In this document: in pieces, positions 22,469 to 36,832 of the stretch
How the letters are laid out: the number at the start of each line of letters is the position of its first letter
How positions within the stretch are numbered: position 1 is the first letter of the stretch
NCBI GenBank assembly: GCA_032718475.1
Contig: JAUCBJ010005882.1
Location: forward strand, 11,281-75,280
Direction: 5' to 3'
DNA: 64,000 bases
Source of the DNA: Nemertoderma westbladi
Taxonomy: Eukaryota > Animalia > Xenacoelomorpha
Translations under genes and position numbers: made by a program
The notes under the pieces: generated by a model
What the model saw: only the letters and a program-made list of their open reading frames with translations
Told to the model about the DNA's origin: nothing
Database searches by the model: none

Positions 22469-24690
22469 CGGTCCTACTAATTACCCCAACCTACCCCAAC
22501 CTACCACAAACTACCACAATCTACCACAATCTACCCCAACAATTCGATACAGGCATCTAATTACCACAATGTTATTTTACAATGGCATCTAATTACCACA
22601 ATATACAGAACTCAAGTGTCTATTTACCACAAGACTACACTGCATCTAATTACCACAATATTATTTTACAATGGCATCTAATTACCACAATATACAGAAC
22701 GCAAGTGTCTAATTACCACAAGACTATACTGCGTCTAATTACCACAATCTATTTACGAACAAGACTACACTGCACACTGCATCTAATTACCACAATATTA
22801 TTTTCCAATGGCATCTAATTACCACAATATACAGAACGCAAGTGTCTAATTACCACAAGACTATACTGCGTCTAATTACCACAACACTATACTGCGTCTA
22901 ATTACCACAACACAACACTGCGTCTAATTACCACAATCTATTTACCACAAGACTACACTGCATCTAATTACCACAATATTATTTTACAATGGCATCTAAT
23001 TACCACAATATACAGAACGCAAGTGTCTAATTACCACAAGACTATACTGCGTCTAATTACCACAACACTATACTGCGTCTAATTACCACAACACAACACT
23101 GCGTCTAATTACCACAATCTATTTACCACAAGACTACACTGCATCTAATTACCACAATATTATTTTACAATGGCATCTAATTACCACAATATACAGAATG
23201 CAAGAGTGTCTAATTACCACAAGACTATACTGCGTCTAATTACCACAATCTATTTACCACAAGACTACACTGCATCTAATTACCACAATATTATTTTACA
23301 ATGGCATCTAATTACCACAATATACAGAATACAAGTGTCTAATTACCACAACACTATACTGCGTCTAATTACCACAATCTATTTACCACAAGACTACACT
23401 GCATCTAATTACCACAATATTATTTTACAATGGCATCTAATTACCACAATATACAGAACGCAAGTCTCTAATTACCACAACACTATACTGCGTCTAATTA
23501 CCATACCACAACGCTATACTGCGTCTAATTACCACAACACAACACTGCGTCTAATTACCACAATCTATTTAAGAACAAGACTACACTGCACACTGCATCT
23601 AATTACCACAATATTATTTTACAATGGCATCTAATTACCACAATATACAGAACGCAAGTGTCTAATTACCACAAGACTATACTGCGTCTAATTACCACAA
23701 CACTATACTGCGTCTAATTACCACAATCTATTTACCACAAGACTACACTGCATCTAATTACCACAATATTATTTTACAATGGCATCTAATTACCACAATA
23801 TACAGAACGCAAGTGTCTAATTACCACAAGACTATACTGCGTCTAATTACAACAAGACTATACTGCGTCTAATTACCACAAGACTATACTGCGTCTAATT
23901 CCACAATCTATTTACCACAAGACTACACTGCATCTAATTACCACAATAATATTTTACAATGGCATCTAATTACCGCAATATACAGAATGCAAGTGTCTAA
24001 TTACCACAACACTATACTGCGTCTAATTACCACAATCTATTTACCACAAGACTACACTGCATCTAATTACCACAATATTATTTTACAATGGCATCTAATT
24101 ACCACAATATACAGAACGCAAGTCTCTAATTACCACAACACTATACTGCGTCTAATTACCACAATCTATTTACCACAAGACTATACTGCATCTAATTACC
24201 ACAATATTATTTTACAATGGCATCTAATTACCACAATATACAGAACGCAGTGTCTAATTACCACAAGACCACACTGCATCTACTGTAATTACCACAATAT
24301 ACAGAATGCAAGAGTGTTTAATTACCACAATATACAGTACGGTAGTTATTAATATTCAGTGTCTAATTACCGCAAAACTTCACTAACGTCTAATTACCAC
24401 AATATACAGAACTCAAGTGTCTAATCACGGGTAGGACTAAAAACCCAAACGGACCCAAACGGTACCCAAACGAACCCAAACGGTGGAATACGGAGTTATA
24501 TCAACAGATGTTATAGTTGCCACAACGGGGAAACAATTATACGATTATATGAAATCATAATTACAGTAATGCAGCTTTTTGTGTTTTACATTCATGAAGA
24601 ACACAAAAAACGGTGCCAAGCCCGTATAAATGCAGAGGCTCATCTATCAACCACGCTACTTTACACGTATATGATATACAATAGACATCA
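22469..24690 (+). repeat. Left inverted arm built of TCTAATTACCACAA-cored subrepeats
   Basis: Dozens of TCTAATTACCACAA cores with a few recurring spacers in higher-order units, then a unique GGGTAGGACTAAAAACCC block. Mirrored at 28866-30719. Confidence 0.92.
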
Positions 24691-26606
24691 TTAAAAAAAT
24701 TAATCAAAAAAATAAAATAAAGTACAGTGTATTTTCTGAACGGGCATTTATCAGGGCAGGGCATTTGTAAATAAATTCCAAGGGCAAGGGCAAGGGTTCT
24801 GTTGTGCTCTGGGATATGTGGGCACAATTTACTGTAGGACACACAGTTATCACAATTGGTGGTGGAGAATGATATTTATAACATAAGCGACATTTACAGT
24901 AGCAAATATGTGAAAGAATTATGTATTTCAATCCATCGTTATTATTCGTGGAAGAGTTTCAGCGAGAAGAGTCAAAATTATGTCAACCTCGTACAGTACA
25001 AATTTCAACAGAATGGACGTGATTAATTACTCTGCAAAATTTTACTCTTAATCATAAAATCGGCCCACCCATCTATGAAATACTGGAAAACGGTGAAGGA
25101 AGAATTACGGATACTGTACCAGAAACGAACGAGACACAGGAAATACATAATTTGTAAGTTTAAATACTTTATTGAAGTAATAAAATTAACCAATAAATTA
25201 ATTGTGTTTAAACACCATTTAATTCCGAATAAAAATAGCCTTAGTTTATATAAATCAATTATTGGGGCACAATTTCAGTATATTATATCCATAACGAAAT
25301 CAGTTTATTTCATTTAGTAATAAGTTCTACAGTATATAGGTAGGTGAGTCTGTCGGTAGGTCAGTTGGTTAGTCTGTCGTTCAGTCTGTCGGTGGGTTAG
25401 TTGGTCACTCAGTCGTTCAGTCTGTCGGTTGGTTGATTGGTCGGTAGGTCAGTTGGTTAGTCTGTCTGTCAGTCGGTTGGTCAGTCTTTCATTCAATCTG
25501 TCGGTCAGTTTGTTGGTTGGTTGGTTGGTCTTGTGGCAGTTGGTTTTGTATGTGAGTCCGTCGGTCGGTTGGAAAATTTATCATTCAGTCTGTTGGTTGG
25601 TCGGTCAGTTGATGGATCGGTACGTCAGTTGGTTAGTCTGTCAGTCGGTCGGTCGGTTGGCTGGTCAGTCTGTCGGTCAGTCTCTCGGTCGGTTGGTCAG
25701 TATTTCGGTCAGTCTGTTGGTCGGTTGGTCAGTCGGTTGGTCAGTCAGTCGCTCAGTCTGTCAGTCGATTGGTCAGTCTGTCGGTCAGTCTGTTGGTCGG
25801 TCGGTTGGTCAGACTGTCGGTGGGTCTGTCAGTGTGTACCAAAAAAAAATTGTAAAAAAAGGTTAATTAAGCAATATTATATTATACAGTAATTAACCAC
25901 AGTAACTTTTAGAGGCTGAAATGAAGGAAGTGAGAGATGATAACAAAAGATTTCAATCCCGGTCCCTATTGGCTACCAATGTGAATTATCTACACGGCTA
26001 TTGGTAGATGGAAGGAACCCTTGCAGTACAAATAGTAATGGTACTACATGCATTAAGTCAATACATGCTTACTCTCTTCAGCTGATTTTATTTTTATCCA
26101 ATCATTGTGTGTGTGGCAAGGTAGCTTACAGAATCTTTGCTATTTTGCTAATTCTTTAAATTAAACTGCACAATAATAGCTTCACCCACACATATCCCAC
26201 AACCTATTTTTGTATATTCACATTTATAAGTGCCAACATCGCATCCATGTGATGGATGCGATCTGCCATCCTCTGCCAATCTCTGACAGTGTCAAAGGCA
26301 GTTTGGGTTGGGTTTAGAAATACAGTTCAGGTAGACATTCCGCACATTAAATTTATACAGAAATTTATACTGTCCTACTGATGGGATTCATACAGTATAT
26401 ACAAATTATAAATTCAGCCAGATATTTTATTAATATTGCCATTACTGTTTGCAATAGTTTTATACGAATATAATATATATTTTATACGCTTTTGTTGTGG
26501 ATTGCTCATCGGCTTGTGGATTCAGACGAATAAAGGATAATGAAACCAAAGGTATTATTCCCGAAATCGAAAGCATTATTCCCATGTGGAACCTGTTTAC
26601 TAAATT

Positions 26607-27653
26607 GTGAAACAAATCAACCCGCTATTATTTTGCGATCAATGCAGGATATGGTTCCATAAAGATTGTGAACAACTTAGTGAATCAACTATAGAAATGT
26701 TAAGTAGTCCAAATTTCGATAACATTGAGTACCTTTGTAGTCGGTGCGTAGAATTTCACGGGAAGTTTGATTTTATGGCATCGCTTGATCGCCTGGGAAA
26801 ATCAATTATTAACGATAACCTCGATAAAGCTATCGTAATGGAGGAGATATTTCTTCGCTCCAAAACAACAATAAATGTAAGTATTATTGATATTTACGAC
26901 ACTTTCGTCAATCTTGCCAACTCTGGGCTGACCATGTACTGTAAATTACTGTTGGTCATTGTTGACGTTAAACATCTCAAAGACGATATAAGTCGATACC
27001 TAATTAATAAAGTTGGCTGCGATGGGGACGAACGCAATGCTATCATAGGTATTATATTCGGTCCGAATGGTATTGCAAAAAGTTGTGATGAACATACGTT
27101 CAATACTCGTTTATTCGAGCTTATGCCCTTTTTAACAAAGTACCCAGTATTCGATAAGTACTTTGATACCCATGTGCGGGATACCTTGTATGAAAATATT
27201 TGTGTTCCACACCAAATGGGCTGTCACGAAAAACTGTGGACCAACAATAACTGCGAGTCCATCAACAATATACTAAAGGTCACTATCGATTGGCATCCAA
27301 AGAAATTGCCAGAACTAATAAGACATTTACACTCAGTAAGCGATTTACAAATGAGTGACCTTAGGCGAGCCCTATATGGTACAGGTAATTACGTTTTGTC
27401 CAATAAATTTCAAAAGTTTAGAGTTTCTCGCAACGTCTGGTTGCAGAAAACTGAAGCCCAAAAAGATAAGCTGGTAATGGACTTTATCCATAAGCGACTA
27501 CCATGTAGTGGATCTGGTCAACCTAAAGGGGAATCCGAAGTAATATTTTCAAAAGATAAAATATTCACGATGCCTAGAAGAAAAGGAACTGCAAAAAAAC
27601 CCCAACAACGCAAACGTCCCAAGAGCGAGCGCACCCGCATAATACAAAGATGA
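26607..27653 (+). pseudogene. PHD finger fused to the C-terminal part of a MULE-type transposase (internally deleted)
   Basis: CDQCRIWFHKDC...YLCSRC is a partial PHD finger. WTNNNCESINNILK is the catalytic-Glu motif typical of MULE transposases. Basic NLS-like tail. The N-terminal DDE part is not seen. Confidence 0.7.
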
Positions 27654-28865
27654 TTTATTTTCAGTCAGCCGAACTGACCGACCGTCTATCTAACTTAAGA
27701 TGGTACACACTGACAGACCCACCCACAGCCTGACCAACCAACCGACAGACTGACCAACCGACCGACAGACTGACCAACCGACCGACAGACTGACCATCCG
27801 ACTGACCCACTGACAATCAAACTGACCGACCAACACACTGACTGACAAACTGACCAACCGACCGAGAGACTGACGGGCAGACTCACCAGTGACCAACCGA
27901 CCGACTGACCGATAGACTAACTAACTCACCTACCGACAGACTCACCGACAGACTGACCAATAGACTGACCGACAGATTGAATGACAGACTGACCAACCGA
28001 CAGACTAACCAACTGACCTACCGACAGACTCACCTACCAAAGAACTTAATACTAAATGAAATAAACTGATTTCGTTATGGATATACTGTAATATACTGAA
28101 ATTGTGCCCCAATAATTGATTTATAGGAACTAAGATTATTTTTATTAGGAATTAAATGATAAAGCGCTACTTTATACATAATGATGTCCATTGTATATCA
28201 TATACGTGTAATACATATTGTTTTGGTTAGAATAACGTAGCAGTTTAACTAGCTCCTCTCCCTTAATTGGATGCTTTACCATTGAAACGAGATATAAATT
28301 ATCCAATTGCTTTCAGCCACCCCCCCCCCCCCCCCCCGTATAAATAAAGCGCTACTTTATACATAATGATGTCCATTGTATATCATATACTGTACATGTA
28401 AAGTAGCGTGGTTGATAGATGAGCCTCTGCATTTATACGGGCTTGGCACCGTTTTTTGTGTTCTTCATGAATGTAAAACACAAAAAGCTGCATTACTGTA
28501 ATTATTATTTCATATAATCGTATAATTGTTTCCCCGTTGTAGCAAATACAGTATAACATCTGTTGTGGCGATTGTGTCCCCCGTTGTGGCGATTGTTTCC
28601 TCCGTTGTGGCAACTATATCCTCCGTAGTGGCGATTGTTTCTTCCGTTGGGGCAACTATAACATCTGTTGTGGCGATTGTTTCCAGAGGGCGGCAACTTT
28701 AACTATAACACCCAACAATAAATACTTTTTATTTCAATAACTAAGTATACAGTACTTTAAATAGGGGGGTCTTTCGATACAAACGATATTTACAGAAATA
28801 ACAACTGATCTTTCAGCCCCCCCCCCCCCCCCCCCCCCCCCGTATAAATAAAGCGCTACTTTATA

Positions 28866-30719
28866 CATAATGATGTCCATTGTATATCATATACGTGTAA
28901 AGTAGCGTGGTTGATAGATGAGCCTCTGCATTTATACGGGCTTGGCACCGTTTTTTGTGTTCTTCATGAATGTAAAACACAAAAAGCTGCATTACTGTAA
29001 TTATTTTTCGTATAATCGTATAATTGTTTCCCCGTTGTGGCAACTATAACATCTGTTGATATAACTCCGTATTCCACCGTTTGGGTTCGTTTGGGTACCG
29101 TTTGGGTCCGTTTGGGTTTTTAGTCCTACCCGTGATTAGACACTTGAGTTCTGTATATTGTGGTAATTAGACGTTAGTGAAGTCTTGCGGTAATTAGACA
29201 CTGAATATTAATAACTACCGTACTGTATATTGTGGTAATTAGACACTCTTGCATTCTGTATATTGTGGTAATTAGATGCCATTGTAAAATAATATTGTGG
29301 TAATTAGATGCAGTGTAGTCTTGTGGTAAATAGATTGTGGTAATTAGACGCAGTATAGTGTTGTGGTAATTAGACGCAGTATAGTCTTGTGGTAATTAGA
29401 CACTTGCGTTCTGTATATTGTGGTAATTAGATGCCATTGTAAAATAATATTGTGGTAATTAGATGCAGTGTGCAGTGTAGTCTTGTTCGTAAATAGATTG
29501 TGGTAATTAGACGCAGTGTTGTGTTGTGGTAATTAGACGCAGTATAGCGTTGTGGTAATTAGACGCAGTATAGTCTTGTGGTAATTAGACACTTGCGTTC
29601 TGTATATTGTGGTAATTAGATGCCATTGTAAAATAATATTGTGGTAATTAGATGCAGTGTAGTCTTGTGGTAAATAGATTGTGGTAATTAGACGCAGTGT
29701 TGTGTTGTGGTAATTAGACGCAGTATAGTGTTGTGGTAATTAGACGCAGTATAGTCTTGTGGTAATTAGACACTCTTGCGTTCTGTATATTGTGGTAATT
29801 AGATGCCATTGTAAAATAATATTGTGGTAATTAGATGCAGTGTAGTCTTGTGGTAAATAGATTGTGGTAATTAGACGCAGTGTTGTGTTGTGGTAATTAG
29901 ACGCAGTATAGTGTTGTGGTAATTAGACGCAGTATAGTCTTGTGGTAATTAGACACTCTTGCATTCTGTATATTGTGGTAATTAGATGCCATTGTAAAAT
30001 AATATTGTGGTAATTAGATGCAGTGTAGTCTTGTGGTAAATAGATTGTGGTAATTAGACGCAGTGTTGTGTTGTGGTAATTAGACGCAGTATAGTGTTGT
30101 GGTAATTAGACGCAGTATAGTCTTGTGGTAATTAGACACTCTTGCATTCTGTATATTGTGGTAATTAGATGCCATTGTAAAATAATATTGTGGTAATTAG
30201 ATGCAGTGTAGTCTTGTGGTAAATAGATTGTGGTAATTAGACGCAGTGTTGTGTTGTGGTAATTAGACGCAGTATAGTGTTGTGGTAATTAGACGCAGTA
30301 TAGTCTTGTGGTAATTAGACACTCTTGCATTCTGTATATTGTGGTAATTAGATGCCATTGTAAAATAATATTGTGGTAATTAGATGCAGTGTAGTCTTGT
30401 GGTAAATAGATTGTATTAATTAGACGCAGTGTTGTGTTGTGGTAATTAGACGCAGTATAGTGTTGTGGTAATTAGACGCTGTATAGTATTGTGGTAATTA
30501 GACACTTGCGTTCTGTATATTGTGGTAATTAGATGCGCAGTTAGTCTTGTGGTAAATAGACACTTGCGTTCTGTATATCATGTATATTGTGGTAATTAGA
30601 TGCCATTGTAAAATAATATTGTGGTAATTAGATGCCTGTATCGAATTATTGGGGTAGATTGTGGTAGATTGTGGTAGTTTGTGGTAGGTTGGGGTAGGTT
30701 GGGGTAATTAGTAGGACCC
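28866..30719 (-). repeat. Right inverted arm
   Basis: Reverse complement of the left arm (TTGTGGTAATTAGA cores) with a different subrepeat number. Confidence 0.92.
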
Positions 30720-32511
30720 CTTGTTACTTCTGTACTTATTATGTGGAGACCCCAACACATTAATCAGTTACTAATCCCATTTCATTATCCTGTTATCCAG
30801 CCGTTTTATAATACCCTTCCTGTTGCCTGTTGTATGGAAAAATTAGAAGAGATGGTGGTAGCATCAACTTGCAGTATTTCTTTCTGATAGGGCTCCCATA
30901 GCCTTAGACGAAATCGTAGCTTGTACTGTAGTTAGCCTTAGCAGCAGCTGCAGTTGACTAACCTGGCATTGCTACCAGTAGGCCTATCCACCAAATATAA
31001 TTTGTAATTAAATATTTGTTGGAGCATAATCTAATCTAGTCCTAAAGACACTATAAAGTCCTGGGTACATAAGGCTCTAAGGTTAGACATAACATGAATA
31101 TAAATTGTAAACTAAACAATAATGCTAAAAGTAAAGTACAAAGTACCTAGAATGCTAGAATGTAACATTATATTATAAGTACAGTACAGTCAGTACACTG
31201 AAGATACATACAGAGCTTGCAAAGGTAACTTTCCATAACTTAACAGCTGTCTGGCTGTCTCTCATCTGTCATGCTTCATGTACCTTTAAGTTCGATTCTC
31301 AATGTCACGTCCAAAATTGGACTTAAAGTCCAATATTGGACTTTTGTAAAAATTCAAAGCCTTATAAAAAAAGTTCCCCCTGGTGAATTTCAGGTCCCCC
31401 TGTTCAAAACTCTTATTTTTTGATATATTTTCGATTAAAGAAAAAAAATCCCGCCCGATCCAATTACCCAAGGCCCTGGAACAATGGGCTGATTTGAAGT
31501 CCAATATTGGACTCACAGAAGTCCAATTTTGGACTTGAACTGGAGTCGAAGTCCAATTTTGGACTCAAGTCCAATTTTTGACTTCTCACCGACTGACAAT
31601 TGCGCCAATTAAAGATAAGTTATTTTCGGTAAAATAAACTTATCATTCGAGGTTAAGACCCCTAGATCCCTTCCTATAACAACATTAATTAGTACAACAA
31701 TGGACAAATTGATTAGTCTTACTGTCTAAGCTCAATTAGTCAATGTAATACTTGGAATATTTAGCAAAGTTTGCCCGGGCTTCTGCAGTATCAATTGCAG
31801 AAATCGAACCGAACGGAAATTGCCAAACTTCGGCCCGAACCGAACAGAAGCCGAAGCTTCTGTTGAGCCCTAGCTATATGCTATATAATACTGTAATAAT
31901 TAAAATTGATGTTGGATCAATTAAACAGATAAATACTGTAATAATAAACCTTCAACATCAAATCGATGAATCGTCTTATATATTTATACTAGGGGCCTAC
32001 TGGCAGTAGGGAACATACCCTTAAATAAGCTCCAAAAGTGGGTTCTTATTTAAGGAAAATGGCTCTTATTTAGGGGTTTTTGGGCCTTTTTTGGATATTT
32101 TTTCGATATAATATGCAATAACTTGTTTCAGGAAAAAATACCGCATAATTTTATTTCACAATGTAAAAGTTGGGTCTTTCTTGAACATAAAGCAAAAAAC
32201 CAGAAAACATTTCACCGTCCGGTTTTTTTTCTACAAGCGTTTTAAAATTGCATCAAAAATACGACTAGTTCCTAAATAAGGGGGATTTTTTAAATTTACC
32301 TTATTTAAGATATCGAAATTGTTCACATAGATACTAAAAGTCCCTAAATAAGAACTTTTTGACCTGGGTTTCTTATTTAGGAATACAATTGTATTCCAAA
32401 AGCTGCACATTCCTTAAATAAAATAAATATTCCTTATTCCTTACAGTACTGCAGTATGCCGGTATGTGTTACACTTCTTTCATAATTCTTTGATTTATGT
32501 CAGTCTGTATA

Positions 32512-33930
32512 TGTGGCTGGTTGCGAGAAAAGGGACCTGGGGAAAAAATGTTCATTCTGAGAAAAACGCGTTTAAAGTTTGGCTCTTAAAATCGACTGTT
32601 TTCATTGGTTTATTGGTCGTTATTGGGTTTTATTAGAGCGAAATTCAAACTGTATTATACTAGTAATAGTACTAAGCACTGTATACACTTGTTATTTTAG
32701 ATTATCGTAGAATATCTGTAGCCTATTCGGATAGTTATTGTACAAACAAGTTCACACGAATAATTTAGAATTTATTATGGAAACTGAAGCAGAGTGGCTG
32801 AACCTATTAAATAATAGGGTTTTCAGGTCGCTGATCATGATAAAACTTGTTAAAAATATTTTTTGGAAAAGCAACCATCATTTTTTGTGCTATTTTGGTC
32901 CACCAGTATGAAAAGTACAAGTAAAAAAATGTCAACATAAAAAAATTTGTGTTTGGTTTGATAATTCTGAACGTATGTGTTTTCGAGGTCGCTGATTACG
33001 ATGAATCTAGTTATAAATATTTCTGGTAATGCAAACCCAATTTTGGTGCTATTCTAATGCCCCAGAACTGGAAATTACAAGTAGCACAAACTTATAAACT
33101 GTCAAATTATGCCTATGATTTGGTAATTCTGAAGCTATACTGGTTTTCAAGGTAGCTGATTACGATATAACACGTTACAAATCATTCGTGGTAACGCAAC
33201 TGATTTTGAACAAAATTTTGGTGCTTTTCTGTTGGGACGAAAATTACAAGTAGCAAACATTTCAAATTGCAAAAAGCGAATTTGGTCGGATAATACGATA
33301 TTTTTGAGTGTCATATTCGTTATCAGTGTCCCAGAAAACCCATAATGTCTAAAATTCAGGTTGATTTGGTAATGATTTTTGGTTATCAAACTTTTGCTAC
33401 TTGTATTTTTCGTGCCGCACATTCACACATCGAAAAAATTGTTTTAATTCGTGATCAGCATTCCAAAAAAACCATATGTTCATAAAATCAATTTAATTTT
33501 GTGGTGATTTTTCATTATCATATTTGCACTACGATTTTTTTTCGTGCCCCAAAGGGCACATTCAAAATTACCAAAAATATTCTAGAATGTTATATTTGAG
33601 TTCAATATTTGTGATCAGTGTCCAAAAAAACCGCTATATATAGCGCAAAAAATTAATTTTAGTGAATTATAAAAATATTCGAAAATTTTAGCACGAAAAA
33701 TACCTGAGATGGATGCCAGAATGGACCACATCAAAAAATTAACATTGGTTGCGAGAAAAGGGACCTGCGTTTTTAATTTTTTGTTTAAACTCTCATAACT
33801 TTTTAACGAAAAACGATATGAAAAAACTAGTTCGATATTCGGAAAGCCCAGAAAATTCTGCATCTAATAGGCCTAAAAACGCAAAATCGACCATGTGGTC
33901 CCCAGGTCCCTTTTCTCGCAACCAGCCACA
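32512..33930. mobile_element. Non-autonomous TIR element with TA TSD
   Basis: About 32-bp TIR TGTGGCTGGTTGCGAGAAAAGGGACCTGGGGA, flanked by TA on both sides. An extra internal TIR copy lies at about 33746. Confidence 0.8.
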
Positions 33931-34769
33931 TATTGCTAATTGTTGGGTTAAGGATAAGGACAATGGTGCAACAATTGTCCTTATCCTTAACCCTTTATCC
34001 TTAACCTTAACCTATATAATATCGTATCATAATGAAGTTGCTAGCACTGGCATTCTTACCTCACACGGTAGCATAGAATAGCCCATTGATATTCAAAAGA
34101 ATAGCCCATCGCCCATCTGAGCGCACATACATTGTCACGTATTTCGATGAAACATGACTCAAGTAACTGGACATCGCCGCACAGTTTCGAAAAACTAACT
34201 TGTGTCCTGCATATCCTCTTCTGCTCCGCGTTACGCCCCACTTAGATGGATTGTCCACAATGTTGAACTTGAAAGGTGTGAAAAAAGTGAAAAACCAATG
34301 TCAATGTCATGTCAATAGGCACAAAGATGGTTCGGTCGGGCAGCTGATAGACATTATGAAGGTTAAAGATGATGACGTTTTGGCTCAACTGGCTCAGGCA
34401 GGAGTGGGACACGTTCGTGGGACCTTTGCGCAGCATGAAGTGAGCAAAGCCTTAGCTAGCCCTATCTGATAGGGGCCCCACCCCATTAACATGTTGCCTT
34501 TCGTTAGTCAGAGGTCGTTCAACACAATACTCGTCTCCTTAATTTGCCTCATTGCGTTCGTTTGTTTTTTGCCAAACTTCAGATTATTTCTAATCTTTTG
34601 ACAGATTACATACATACTAAGTTTCGTTTAATTTCATCATGGAATGACCGAGTTATTAGCAATAAAAAATTTACAACGACGACAGACAACTCGTTAATAG
34701 CACCCATATGCTAAGGCTTCGCTCACTTGAATGTGGCTCTCCCGCTCCCCCACATTCAATCCGGTTCGA

Positions 34770-36352
34770 CGCAGTTTGTTGCTCGTTGTTGCTCATTGCT
34801 GCTCGTTGTGCTTTATTATTTCTCATTGTTGGTCATTGTTGCTCGTTGTTGCTTGTTTGTTGTTGGTGCTCATTGTTGCTCGTTAGTTGTACTTTATTAT
34901 TGCTCGTTGTACTTGTACTCTATTATTGCTCGTTGTTGCTCATTATTGCTCAATGTTACTCATTGTTGCTCGTTGTTGTACTTTATTATTGCTCGTTCAA
35001 TCGTTGTTCCTCATTGTTGCTCGTTGTTTCTCGTTGTTGTACTTTATTATTGCTCATTGTTGCTCGTTGTTGCTCAATATTACTCGTTGTTGCTCGGTCA
35101 GTCGTTGTTGCTCATTGTTGCTCGTTGTTGTACTTTATTATTGCTCATTGTTACTCAATATATCTCGTTGTTGCTCAATATAACTCGTTGTTGCTCGTTC
35201 AGTCGTTGTTGCTCATTATTGCTCGTTGTTTCTCGTTGTTGCTCATTGTTGCTCGTTGTTGTTTTTTATTATTGCTCATTGTTGCTCGTTGTTGCTCAAT
35301 GTTACTCGTTGTTATACTTTATTATTGCTCAAAGTTACTCGTTGTTACTCATTGTCATTGTTGCTCATTGTTACTCGTTGTTCCTCATGTCCTAATTATT
35401 GGTCGTTGTTTCTCGTTGTTGTACTTTATTATTGCTCATTGTTGCTCGTTGTTTCTCAATGTTGCTCGTTGTTGAACTTTATTATTGCTCGTTCAGTCGT
35501 TGTTCCTCATTGTTGCTCGCTGTTTCTCGTTGTTGCTCATTGTTGCTTGTTGTTGCTCATTATTACTCAGCGTTACTCGTTGTTGCTCATTGTTGCTCGT
35601 TGTTGTACTTTATTATTGATCGTTCAGTCGTTGTTCCTCATTGTTGCTCGCTGTTTCTCGTTGTTGCTCATTGTTGCTCGTTGTTGTACTTTATCATTGC
35701 TCGGTGTTTCTCAATGTTACTCGTTGTTGCTCATTGTTGCTCGTTGTTGCTCGTTCAGTCGTTGTTCCTCATTATTGCTCATTGTTGTTCGTTGTTTATC
35801 GCTGTTGCTCATTGTTACTCGTTGTTGTACTTTATTATTGCCCATTTTTGCTCGTTGTTGCTCATTGTTTCTCATTGTTGCTCAATGTTACTCGTTGTTG
35901 CTCATTGTTGCTCGTTGTTGTACTTTATCATTGCTCATTGTTGCTCGGTGTTTCTCAATGTTACTCGTTGTTGCTCATTGTTGCTCGTTCAGTCGTTGTT
36001 CCTCATTATTGCTCATTGTTGTTCGTTGTTTCTCGCTGTTGCTCATTGTTGCTCGTTGTTGTACTTTATTATTGCTCATTTTTGCTCGTTGCTGCTCATT
36101 GTTTCTCATTGTTGCTCAATGTTACTCGTAGTAGTCGTAGTTGCTCATTGTTACTCGTTGTTGCTTATTGTTACTCGTTGTTGCTCATTGTTGCTCGTTC
36201 AGTCGTTGTTCCTCATTATTGCTCGTTGTTGTACTTTATTATTGCTCAATGTTACTCATTGTTGCTCATTGTTGCTCGTTGTTTTGTTACTCATCAGCTC
36301 ATTGTTCGTTTGTTGCTCGTTGTTGCTTATTGTAGGTCATTGTTGCTCGTGG
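34770..36352. repeat. Degenerate TTGTTGCTC(A/G) low-complexity minisatellite
   Basis: About 10-bp motif repeated with recurring TGTACTTTATTA and GTTCAGTCG variants. The ORFs in all frames are artefacts. Confidence 0.92.
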
Positions 36353-36832
36353 TGCATTTTTGCACCTATCCAATTAAGCTCAGAAGCTCCCTTATCGTGG
36401 GATCTAAGTTCGCTTCGCGACTAGCACGATGAGTACACAAGGCTTTTAATATCATAAATTGGGATCTAAGTTCACCTATTTAGGATCTAAGTTCACCCAC
36501 ATAGGATCTATGTTAGCATATATAGGACCTAATAAGTTCGCAAAGCCATAGGCCATAGGCCAGCGCAGAACCTTTCATCAAAGTCAGGCCTTGTAGGATC
36601 TAAGTTCGTTTTACCCATTATAAGTACTTTTATATGTTTAAAATGTAGCACAGTACAATATACTACAGTATAATATCGATAGAAAGTGGCCAACGCACAG
36701 TACACGTGGGATCTAAGTTCGCTTCTCCTCTCGCGTGTGCTAAGGAATTTGTATAAATTGGGATCTAAGTTCACCTAAGATCTAAGTTCGCTTTGCTTTC
36801 AACGTGGGATCTAAGTTCGTTTGCGATTAGGA

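Larger units (their letters stand above)
22469..30719. mobile_element. Foldback-type, Mutator-like DNA transposon (8.25 kb) with multi-kb repetitive inverted arms
   Basis: Termini (C/G)GGTCCTACTAATTACCCCAAC inverted, exact 8-bp TSD CTTGTTAC (22461-22468, 30720-30727), internal transposase remnant. Confidence 0.88.
21410..31595. mobile_element. TIR element with 5-bp TSD (second shell)
   Basis: TIR CAGTCGGTGAGAAGTCAAAAATTGGACTT at both ends, TSD ACAAT, subterminal AAGTCCAAT/ATTGGACT palindromes. Confidence 0.8.
21170..31872. mobile_element. hAT-like element (outer shell of nested cluster)
   Basis: TIRs TAGGGTTCAACAGAAG / CTTCTGTTGAGCCCTA. Imperfect 8-bp TSD GCTATACC / GCTATATG. CCGAAC subterminal repeats at both ends. 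Confidence 0.7.

Noticed and set aside
22560-24420. CRISPR-like pattern of a constant TCTAATTACCACAA core with short spacers
   Set aside because: The spacers are a few recurring variants rather than unique sequences, there are no cas genes, the context is eukaryotic, and the block is mirrored as a transposon arm.
25429-25892. SVGRLV-type ORFs (also 27690-27896)
   Set aside because: These are translations of GTCA/GTCG simple repeats inside the foldback element.
34708-36432. Long Cys/Leu/Val-rich ORFs in several frames
   Set aside because: They arise from a TTGTTGCTC low-complexity repeat that lacks stop codons. There is no domain signal.
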